This document shows, in pieces, positions 54,608 to 64,000 of a stretch of DNA of 64,000 bases; position 1 is the first letter of the stretch; the number at the start of each line of letters is the position of its first letter. Position numbers and translations under genes: made by a program. The DNA is from Vicinamibacterales bacterium. Its GTDB lineage: Bacteria; Acidobacteriota; Vicinamibacteria; Vicinamibacterales; UBA2999. Below the pieces are notes generated by a model. That model was not told the origin of the DNA, searched no databases, and worked only from the letters and a program-made list of their open reading frames with translations. The stretch is from contig JBFWUK010000008.1 of assembly GCA_050247355.1 (NCBI GenBank), forward strand, positions 114,358 through 178,357. Direction: 5' to 3'.

Positions 54608-54690
54608 TGTGATTTCTTGATCTCGTGATCTGGTGATCGGGGCTAATGCACCGGTGATCTGGTGATCTTGCGATCGATTGGGTGACCTAG
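54608..54690. repeat. GGTGATCT-type tandem repeats (7-8 units, 6 GATC sites)
   Basis: gtgatttcttgatctcgtgatctggtgatcgg...ggtgatctggtgatcttgcgatcgattgggtgacc. Spans the yidD 3' end and the yidD/yidC spacer. Confidence 0.8.
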
Positions 54691-54912
54691 TGAGTGGGGA
54701 ACGGGATCGTAGCCGTGGCCGCCGAACGGGTGGCAGCGGCACAGTCGCTTCGTGCCCAGCCAGCCGCCGCGAATGAAGCCGTGGCGGGTGATCGATTCGG
54801 TCATGTAATCGGCGCAGCCTGGCAGGTAGCGGCAACTGCCGGCAAACAGCGGCGAGAGCACGATCTTGTATACGCGGATCAGAACGAGCGCGATGCGCGC
54901 GGGCCTAGTCAT
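54643..54912 (-). CDS. yidD: Membrane protein insertion efficiency factor YidD
   Basis: 89 aa. LIRVYKIVLSPLF..CRYLPGCADY...CHPFGGHGYDPVP. A 17-aa tail is encoded by the repeat array. ATGA overlap with rnpA. Confidence 0.9.
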   Translation of the reverse strand: MTRPARIALVLIRVYKIVLSPLFAGSCRYLPGCADYMTESITRHGFIRGGWLGTKRLCRCHPFGGHGYDPVPHSLGHPIDRKITRSPVH

Positions 54913-55334
54913 TTCCCGCCTGTCTCGCCGGCCCTGAGGGAGGCGGCGTCCGGCGCGGCCGGGCGTGGGCGAGGCGAGCGGGCCAGTAGCGAGCAGAACT
55001 CGGTCTCGACACGAGCATAGGAGGCATCAAGCATTTCACGCCGCGGCACGACAACGACATCGATCGGGCCGGCCGGCTTGTGATGGCGGAACAGCTCGCG
55101 GGTCAGCCGTTTCGCCCGGTTGCGCTCGACCGCGGCCCCCATTTTACGGGTCGCGGCAATGCCCAGACGCGACGGACCGGCCTCGCGCTCCCTCGTGAAC
55201 ATGGTCATGAGGCGGCCAGACCGCTTGAAACCTGTTTTATAGATGAGTTCGAAGTCGGCCCGCTTGCGAACGTGCTCGGTCGCATAGAACCTTGCGGGCT
55301 TGGGGACTTGGAGGCTTAGGGGCTTGGAATTCAT
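54909..55334 (-). CDS. rnpA: Ribonuclease P protein component
   Basis: 141 aa. RKRADFELIYKTG...RLGIAATRKMGAAVERNRAKRLTRE (RNR motif). The first ~13 codons are encoded by a repeat element. Confidence 0.85.
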   Translation of the reverse strand: MNSKPLSLQVPKPARFYATEHVRKRADFELIYKTGFKRSGRLMTMFTREREAGPSRLGIAATRKMGAAVERNRAKRLTRELFRHHKPAGPIDVVVVPRREMLDASYARVETEFCSLLARSPRPRPAAPDAASLRAGETGGK

Positions 55335-55374
55335 TGTGCACCCATAGAGCCCTAGGTTCCTAGGTCCCTAAGCC
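55296..55374. repeat. Imperfect hairpin of GGGGCTTA/GGGACCTA-type 8-mers (rpmH/rnpA junction)
   Basis: Left arm gggcttggggacttggaggcttaggggcttgg. Right arm gccctaggttcctaggtccctaagcc. Confidence 0.65.
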
Positions 55375-55380
55375 GCAGAG

Positions 55381-55545
55381 TTACTTCTCGTCTGACACCG
55401 TGAGCCGTTTGCGGCCCTTGGCGCGACGGCGCTTCAGCACCTGCCGGCCATCCTTGGTTGCCATCCGAACCAGGAAGCCGTGGGTCTTCGCCCGGCGCCT
55501 GGTATTTGGTTGAAACGTACGCTTGCCCTTCTTGGATCTCGCCAT
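55381..55545 (-). CDS. rpmH: 50S ribosomal protein L34
   Basis: Not in the ORF track (under 60 aa). Manual translation: [61 protein letters not shown] Shine-Dalgarno 4 nt upstream. Confidence 0.95.
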   Translation of the reverse strand: MARSKKGKRTFQPNTRRRAKTHGFLVRMATKDGRQVLKRRRAKGRKRLTVSDEK

Positions 55546-55713
55546 ATTCTCCTCCGCCTTCGCGCCTTGCGCTCCGGCGAGACCTCGCCCAAGCTGTCAC
55601 TAGAAGCAGCGGGGCGGGTCGGTCGAACCTACGATTATGTTCCGCTAAGTCATTCCCTGTAAAGGGCGTTCCCCATGCTAGAGTGGGCGTCCCCCGGTGG
55701 TCTTCCCTGGAAG

Positions 55714-55745
55714 ATTTCCACAATTGTGGAAAAGCCTGTGGAAAG
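55714..55745. promoter_or_regulatory. Three DnaA-box-like 9-mers upstream of dnaA
   Basis: aTTTCCACA (55714-55722), TGTGGAAAa (55725-55733), TGTGGAAAg (55737-55745). Followed by AT-rich gtaagaataagtccttaataatcaatattttgta. Confidence 0.6.
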
Positions 55746-55790
55746 CCCCGGCCTCCGTAAGAATAAGTCCTTAATAATCAATATTTTGTA

Positions 55791-57215
55791 GTGATGCCGA
55801 GCGTGACCATTTGGGACCAGGTCCTGAGCCGAATCGAAGATCAGGTCGGCCGGCATAGCTTCTCGACCTGGTTCAAGCCGACCACCCTTCTGGCGGACGC
55901 CGGCCAGACCCTCTCGATTCGCGTTCCCAACCTCCTGTTCGTGGAATGGCTGCCCAAGCACTACTCGGTCGTGCTGGCCGAGGCCATGCGCGAGGTCGGC
56001 CGGCCGGGCGCTAAGCTGGTGTTCGTGCCAGACGGTGCGGCCTCCGGTGGCGCGGCCTCCGGTGGAGACACCCCTTCAGGGTGGCATGCGGCGGCCAACA
56101 CCCCAGGCAACGCTAAAGGGTTGCCTCAACCAGATCACGGCACGGAGGGTCAGGGCGCCAGCGTCCAGGTCACCAGTTCAGAAGCGGAACCGCTGCGCGC
56201 CGGCAGCCTGATCCCCCGCTACACCTTCGACACCTTCATCGTCGGGCCCTCGAACCAGTTCGCTCACGCCGCCTGCCGCGCCGTGGCCGAGACACCGTCG
56301 CGTTCGTATAACCCGCTGTTCATACACGGCGGCGTCGGCCTGGGCAAGACGCATTTGATGCATGCGATCGGGCATTACGTGGTTCAGCACCATCCCGGCC
56401 TCGTGCTCACGTATATCTCGTCCGAACGTTTCATGAACGAGATGATCAATGCGGTGCGGTTCGATCGCATTCTGGATTTCCGGTCGCGCTATCGCAGCGT
56501 CGACGTGCTGCTCGTCGACGACATCCAGTTCGTCTCCGGCAAGGAAGGCACGCAGAACGAGTTCTTCCACACCTTCAACGCGCTGCACGATGCCCAGAAG
56601 CAAATCGTCATCAGCAGCGACCGTCCGCCACATGAAATTCCCGCGCTCGAAGAGCGCCTGCGCTCGCGGTTCGAGTGGGGATTGATTGCCGACATCCAGT
56701 CGCCGGACCTCGAGACGAAGGTCGCCATTCTGAAGAAGAAGGCCGAAGGCGAGGCGCTGCAGTTACCCGATCACGTGGCGATGTACATGGCGACGCGGAT
56801 CAAATCGAACATCCGCGAACTGGAAGGGTCGCTGATTCGCCTGATCGCCTACGCCTCGCTCACCAGCAAGCCGCTGACCATCGAACTGGCGCAGGACGTG
56901 CTCAGGAACGTCATCGATCACGACGAGAAGGCCGTCACGATCGAACAGATCCAGAAGTTTGTTGCCGACTACTACCAGATGAAGCCGACTGAGATCCGGT
57001 CGCGCAACAACTCGAAGTCGGTGGCGATGCCGCGCCAGATTGCGATGTACTTGTGCAAGGCATTGACCCATGCGTCGCTGCCGGAGATTGGCCGGAGCTT
57101 TGGCGGCAAGCACCACTCGACGGTGATCCACTCGATCAAGAAAGTCGAGGAAATGCGCAAGAAAAGTGCTGAATTTGATCAGCAGGTGAAGAACCTGCTC
57201 GATCAGTTCAAATAG
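55791..57215 (+). CDS. dnaA: Chromosomal replication initiator protein DnaA
   Basis: 474 aa. Walker A GGVGLGKTHL, box VII, C-terminal DNA-binding signature IAMYLCKALTHASLPEIGRSFGGKHHSTVIHS. Confidence 0.97.
   Translation: MMPSVTIWDQVLSRIEDQVGRHSFSTWFKPTTLLADAGQTLSIRVPNLLFVEWLPKHYSVVLAEAMREVGRPGAKLVFVPDGAASGGAASGGDTPSGWHAAANTPGNAKGLPQPDHGTEGQGASVQVTSSEAEPLRAGSLIPRYTFDTFIVGPSNQFAHAACRAVAETPSRSYNPLFIHGGVGLGKTHLMHAIGHYVVQHHPGLVLTYISSERFMNEMINAVRFDRILDFRSRYRSVDVLLVDDIQFVSGKEGTQNEFFHTFNALHDAQKQIVISSDRPPHEIPALEERLRSRFEWGLIADIQSPDLETKVAILKKKAEGEALQLPDHVAMYMATRIKSNIRELEGSLIRLIAYASLTSKPLTIELAQDVLRNVIDHDEKAVTIEQIQKFVADYYQMKPTEIRSRNNSKSVAMPRQIAMYLCKALTHASLPEIGRSFGGKHHSTVIHSIKKVEEMRKKSAEFDQQVKNLLDQFK
56105..56126. 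repeat. 22-nt palindrome AGGCAACGCTAAAGGGTTGCCT (family copy 3, inside the dnaA linker)
   Basis: Translated GGC AAC GCT AAA GGG TTG CCT = G N A K G L P, within the low-complexity domain II region. Confidence 0.9.
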
Positions 57216-57247
57216 TGCCAGACGGGCGGAACTTCAGTTCGCCAGAC

Positions 57248-57400
57248 CTTTCCACAGCCTCATCTGTGCATGGTTTGTGGATGCCTGCGGATTGGGCGAA
57301 AGCCCCCTGTTGTCGCGTCCAGCAACCCGCACCTTACCCACAGAAATATTCACAGTTTAAATATTTGATTTATAAGGGTTTACGTCGACTGGAAATTTCG
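57248..57400. promoter_or_regulatory. oriC-like region: DnaA boxes plus AT-rich stretch (dnaA/dnaN spacer)
   Basis: cTTTCCACA (57248-57256), TGTGGATg (57276-57283), TTACCCACA (57334-57342), TATTCACA (57347-57354). Then gtttaaatatttgatttataagggttta. Confidence 0.6.
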
Positions 57401-57471
57401 TAAACAGAACCTACTTCCTGTATACTTTATTGTCTTCGCCTTTTCCTTAATTCTCAGAGGTAAGCCGCGCT

Positions 57472-58581
57472 ATGGAACTGGTCGCCAGGAAAGCCGATCT
57501 TGTGCGGGAACTGCAATTTTTCCAGCAGATCGTCGAGCGCAAGAACACGATTCCAATTCTGGCGAACGTGCTGCTCGAGGCATCGGGCAACGAAGTCACG
57601 TTGCTTGCCACCGATCTCGAAGTCGCGCTGCGTAGCCGCTGCGAGGCGGCCGTCGGTAAACCCGGCGCAGTCACGCTGCCGGCCAAGAAGTTCTACGAGG
57701 TCGTTCGCTCGCTGCCCGATGGCGACGTGAACATCGAAACCGACAAGGGCGGCACCACCGTCAAGGTTTCGGGCGGGCAGTTCAGCTCGAAGATGCCGAC
57801 CCTGCCGCGTGAAGACTTTCCCAGCCTGCCCGAGGCCGGCGGCGGCGCCAAAGCCACCATCAAGGGCAAGTCGCTGCTGCAGATGGTGCAGAAGACGCAG
57901 TTCGCGATCACCGGCGAAGACACGCGTTACTACCTGAATGGCGCGCAATTCGTCCTGCGGGCCGACAGCATGACGTTTGTCGCCACCGACGGTCACCGGC
58001 TGGCCCTGGTCAACGTCCAGCACGAGGGCGCCAAGGGCGACGACATCAAGGCCATCCTGCCGCGCAAGACGCTGGCGGAACTCGGACGCCTGCTCGCCGA
58101 CAGCGACGTTGACGTCAACTACGAGCGCGGTGAGAACCACCTGTTCTTCGAAATCGGCCAACGCCTGTTGATCTCGCGGATGATCGACGGACAGTTTCCC
58201 GCCTACGAGAAGGTCATTCCCAAGGGCAACGACAAGCACGTCGAGTTCGAGCGCGATCGACTGACCCAGGCCGTGAAGCGCGTCGCCATCCTGTCGAACG
58301 AACGTTCGCGGGCGGTGAAGATGATTCTCGACAAAGGCAAGGTCGAGGTCACGTCGAGCAGTCCCGAGTTTGGTGAGGCGCGCGAGCCGATTACCATCGA
58401 GTACAACGGCCCCTCGCTCACCATCTGCTTCAACGCGCAGTACGTCCTCGACTTCCTGGCGGTCGTTGAAACGGAGATCGTCGCCCTCGAGCTGAAGGAC
58501 GAAGTCAGCCAGGCCGTGATGAAGCCGGTCGGCGCCGAGGGCTACGACTACACCTACGTCATCATGCCGATGCGGGTCTGA
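57472..58581 (+). CDS. dnaN: DNA polymerase III beta sliding clamp
   Basis: 369 aa. Typical three-domain clamp pattern, C-terminal YVIMPMRV. Confidence 0.95.
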   Translation: MELVARKADLVRELQFFQQIVERKNTIPILANVLLEASGNEVTLLATDLEVALRSRCEAAVGKPGAVTLPAKKFYEVVRSLPDGDVNIETDKGGTTVKVSGGQFSSKMPTLPREDFPSLPEAGGGAKATIKGKSLLQMVQKTQFAITGEDTRYYLNGAQFVLRADSMTFVATDGHRLALVNVQHEGAKGDDIKAILPRKTLAELGRLLADSDVDVNYERGENHLFFEIGQRLLISRMIDGQFPAYEKVIPKGNDKHVEFERDRLTQAVKRVAILSNERSRAVKMILDKGKVEVTSSSPEFGEAREPITIEYNGPSLTICFNAQYVLDFLAVVETEIVALELKDEVSQAVMKPVGAEGYDYTYVIMPMRV

Positions 58582-58673
58582 CCCCGACGCAGGTCCTGCC
58601 GGCCTCCCCAATCGATCCGAATCGACAGGGTCCGGCGGCTTGCCTCGGAGGTTCAAGTAGATAACACCGATAA

Positions 58674-61271
<2,598 letters not shown>

Positions 61272-61276
61272 GACAG

Positions 61277-61308
61277 AGGTCTTGAGGTCCTGAGGTCTTG
61301 AGGTCCTG
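61277..61308 (+). repeat. Tandem octamers GAGGTCTT GAGGTCCT x2 (gyrB/gyrA spacer)
   Basis: Four 8-nt units counted directly. The same words occur at 7051-7083. Confidence 0.9.
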
Positions 61309-61324
61309 AAGAACATTTCAGCGC

Positions 61325-63922
61325 ATGCAAACTGAGCAGACCCGCACGCCCGTAAATATCGAAGACGAGATGAAGCGCTCGTACCTGGATTACGCCATGA
61401 GCGTAATCATCGGGCGGGCGCTGCCTGACGTCCGCGACGGCCTCAAGCCCGCTCACCGCCGCGTGCTCTATGCGATGAGCCAGATGGGGCTGGCGTCGAA
61501 CCGCGCCTACCGCAAGTGCGCCAAGGTCATCGGCGAAGTCATCGGCAATTACCACCCGCACGGCGACCAGCCGGCCTACGACACCCTGGTGCGGCTGGCG
61601 CAGGACTTCAACATGCGCAAGACCCTGGTCGACGGCCAGGGTAACTTCGGTTCGGTCGATGGCGACCCGCCGGCGGCGTATCGCTACACCGAAGCGCGGC
61701 TCGAGGCCCTGGCCGAGAGCCTGATGGAAGACCTCGACAAGGACACCGTCGACTACGTTCCGAACTTCGACGAGACGACCACCGAGCCGACGGTGTTCCC
61801 GGCGACGTATCCGAACCTGCTGGTCAACGGGTCGACCGGCATCGCCGTCGGCATGGCCACCAACATCCCGCCGCACAATCTCGGCGAGGTGATCGACGGC
61901 GTCATCTGGATCATCGAGAACACGCTGATGGGTCAAGGCAACCCTAAAGGGTTGCCTCCACAAGAGAGCGGCGATACCGATGCTGGGGGCGCCCCTGCCG
62001 CTGGTGCCGAAGGCGGTGGTGCCCATGCCGTCCAGTACACCCGCGAGCAGAAGCTCAAGGAACTGATCCGGCTCATTCCGGGCCCCGACTTCCCGACCGG
62101 CGGGCTGATCGTCGGCAAGCGCGGCATCCACGAGGCGTATCTCACCGGCCGCGGCTCCATCCAGGTCCGTGCCAAGACCGAGATCGAAACCACCAAGAAG
62201 GGCGATCGCCAGCAGATCATCGTCCACGAGATTCCATATCAGCTGAACAAGACCAGGCTGCTGGAACGCATCGCCGAACTGGTCCGCGACAAGGCGCTCG
62301 AAGGCATCTCCGACCTGCGCGACGAGTCGGATCGCGACGGCATGCGCATCGTGATCGAGCTGAAGCGCGGCGAAGTCGGCGAGGTGGTGCTGAACAACCT
62401 CTACAAGCAGACGCAGCTGCAGCAGTCGTTCGGTATCATCACGCTGGCGATCGTGGCGGGCCGGCCGAAGGTGCTCAACCTGCTCGAGGTGATCGAGCAG
62501 TTCATCGATTTCCGCCGCGAAGTCGTCCGCCGCCGCATCGAGTTCGAACTGCGCAAGGCCGAGGCCCGCGCGCATATTCTCGACGGCCTCAAGATCGCCC
62601 TCGACCACCTCGACGCGGTGATCAAGCTGATTCGCGGCTCGAAGAACCCGCCGGAAGCCAAGGCCGGCCTGGTCACGCAATTCGGCCTGTCTGAGATCCA
62701 GGCGCAGGCGATTCTCGACATGCAGCTGCAGCGCCTGACCGGCCTGGAGCGCGACAAGATTCTCGGCGAGCTGGCGGAGTTGACCGCCCTGATCGCGAAG
62801 CTCAAGAACATCCTCGCCAACCAGCCGTTGCTGCTGCAGATCATCCTCGACGAGCTGCGGGCGGTGAAAGCGAAGTTCGCCGATCCGCGCCGCACGCAGT
62901 TGATCGAGGACGAGGGCGAACTCAGCATCATGGACCTGATCGCCGACGAAGACGTCGCGATCTCGGTCACCGATACCGGTTACATCAAGCGCACGCCGAT
63001 CACGACCTATCGCACGCAGAACCGCGGCGGCAAGGGCCGCATCGGCATGCGCAAGCGCGACGAGGATGTCGTCAATCACCTGTTCGTGGCCTCGACGCAC
63101 TCGTTCCTGGTGGTGTTCTCGGATCGCGGCCGCGCCTACTGGCTGAAGGTTCACGAGATTCCCGACGTCGGCGCCGACGGCCGCGGCAAGTCGGTGGCCA
63201 ACCTGGTGCAGATGGAGGCCGGCGAGAAGATTGCCGCCATGCTGGCGATCAAGGAATTCGACGACCGGCACTTCATTGTCATGGGCACCCGCAAGGGCAC
63301 CATCAAGAAGACCGAACTGTCGGCGTTCTCGAACCCGCGGGCCGGCGGCATCATCGCCATGGGCATCGACGAGGGCGACGCCGTCATCGACGTGCAGATG
63401 TCCGACGGCCAGAGCGAGATCTTCATCGGCACCAGGGACGGCAAGGCCATCCGCTTCGTCGAGGCTGACGTGCGCGGCATGGGCCGGACCGCCTTCGGCG
63501 TGCGCGGCATCCAGCTGCGCGAAGGCGACGAAGTGGTAGCGATGCAGGTCGCTAAACCGGGCGGCACGCTGCTGACCGTCACCGAGAAGGGCTACGCCAA
63601 GAACACCGCCCTCGACGAGTATCGCGTCACCGGCCGCGGCGGCCTGGGCGTGAAGAACGTCGAGGTGACCGAGAAGAATGGACCGGTGGTGGCCATCACC
63701 CAGGTCCACGACAACGAAGAGTTGCTGGTGATTACCGAGCAGGGCAAGATCCTGCGGACGGCCGCCAACGAGATCCGGACCATTGGCCGCGCCACCCAGG
63801 GCGTGCGGCTGATGGACCTGGAAGGCGAAGACAAGATCGTGTCGGTGGCCTTGGTCGAGAAGGCCGAAGAAGAACCCGCGATGCCACCCCCTGGCAGCGC
63901 ACCAGGAGACACGCAACCATGA
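61325..63922 (+). CDS. gyrA: DNA gyrase subunit A
   Basis: 865 aa. [27 protein letters not shown], active-site [11 protein letters not shown]-terminal beta-pinwheel repeats. Contains a ~40-aa insertion with a palindromic repeat. Confidence 0.97.
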   Translation: MQTEQTRTPVNIEDEMKRSYLDYAMSVIIGRALPDVRDGLKPAHRRVLYAMSQMGLASNRAYRKCAKVIGEVIGNYHPHGDQPAYDTLVRLAQDFNMRKTLVDGQGNFGSVDGDPPAAYRYTEARLEALAESLMEDLDKDTVDYVPNFDETTTEPTVFPATYPNLLVNGSTGIAVGMATNIPPHNLGEVIDGVIWIIENTLMGQGNPKGLPPQESGDTDAGGAPAAGAEGGGAHAVQYTREQKLKELIRLIPGPDFPTGGLIVGKRGIHEAYLTGRGSIQVRAKTEIETTKKGDRQQIIVHEIPYQLNKTRLLERIAELVRDKALEGISDLRDESDRDGMRIVIELKRGEVGEVVLNNLYKQTQLQQSFGIITLAIVAGRPKVLNLLEVIEQFIDFRREVVRRRIEFELRKAEARAHILDGLKIALDHLDAVIKLIRGSKNPPEAKAGLVTQFGLSEIQAQAILDMQLQRLTGLERDKILGELAELTALIAKLKNILANQPLLLQIILDELRAVKAKFADPRRTQLIEDEGELSIMDLIADEDVAISVTDTGYIKRTPITTYRTQNRGGKGRIGMRKRDEDVVNHLFVASTHSFLVVFSDRGRAYWLKVHEIPDVGADGRGKSVANLVQMEAGEKIAAMLAIKEFDDRHFIVMGTRKGTIKKTELSAFSNPRAGGIIAMGIDEGDAVIDVQMSDGQSEIFIGTRDGKAIRFVEADVRGMGRTAFGVRGIQLREGDEVVAMQVAKPGGTLLTVTEKGYAKNTALDEYRVTGRGGLGVKNVEVTEKNGPVVAITQVHDNEELLVITEQGKILRTAANEIRTIGRATQGVRLMDLEGEDKIVSVALVEKAEEEPAMPPPGSAPGDTQP
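61936..61957. repeat. 22-nt palindrome AGGCAACCCTAAAGGGTTGCCT (family copy 4, inside gyrA)
   Basis: Translated GGC AAC CCT AAA GGG TTG CCT = G N P K G L P. Confidence 0.9.
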
Positions 63923-64000
63923 GGCTATCTGCTGCCCTCTTGCTCGTGCCGGCTACCCTGCTCGTCGTCGGCTGCTCGCGGCCGCCGGAACAGCAGTTCC
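63919..64000 (+). CDS. Lipoprotein, 3'-partial at the window edge
   Basis: ATGA overlap with the gyrA stop. [27 protein letters not shown]: signal peptide with LVVGC lipobox. Confidence 0.45.
   Translation, partial: MRLSAALLLVPATLLVVGCSRPPEQQF

Noticed and set aside
55352-55723. 123-aa minus-strand ORF from the track covering the rpmH locus.
   Set aside because: It is in the wrong frame. The real gene is the 54-codon rpmH (55381-55545), with a textbook L34 sequence and Shine-Dalgarno.

Overview
High-GC bacterial chromosome segment spanning the replication-origin neighbourhood. All calls come from reading the sequence and ORF translations by eye; no searches were run. The organism is probably a diderm, because SurA-like, OMP-like and YidC/YidD genes are present. 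Taxon cannot be assigned without a search. The right third is the classic origin cluster. On the minus strand: rpmH-rnpA-yidD-yidC-jag-mnmE-mnmG-rsmG-parA-parB. On the plus strand: dnaA-dnaN-gyrB-gyrA. DnaA-box clusters flank dnaA, and a perfect parS palindrome sits inside mnmG. The middle holds an F1Fo ATP synthase operon (atpF'-F-H-A-G-D-C) running straight into wzm-wzt-rfaE2, then mfd, a SurA-like PPIase, and a NusG/UpxY-like paralog ahead of dus-neuB, plus fcl. The left third is signalling and metabolism: two hybrid histidine kinases, receiver proteins, a GAF-GAF-PP2C phosphatase, a GGDEF cyclase, a FliA-type sigma factor, a sigma54 activator, glnA, a lone atpB, fabZ, an S9 peptidase and transporters. 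No CRISPR array, rRNA, tRNA, transposase or prophage is visible. Main second-look items: (1) selD is a selenoprotein gene whose N-terminus the ORF track missed because of an in-frame TGA with hairpins just 3' of it. (2) Several short palindromic or tandem-oligomer repeat families saturate the intergenic spacers and also sit in-frame inside dnaA, gyrA, dus, the sigma54 activator, mfd and yidD. (3) A DHp-only mini histidine-kinase protein is coupled to an HTH gene next to an orphan NtrC-type regulator. (4) A basic W-x-P-K-G repeat protein has no recognisable family. (5) Many genes carry -10-like hexamers 5-10 nt from the start codon, suggesting leaderless mRNAs.
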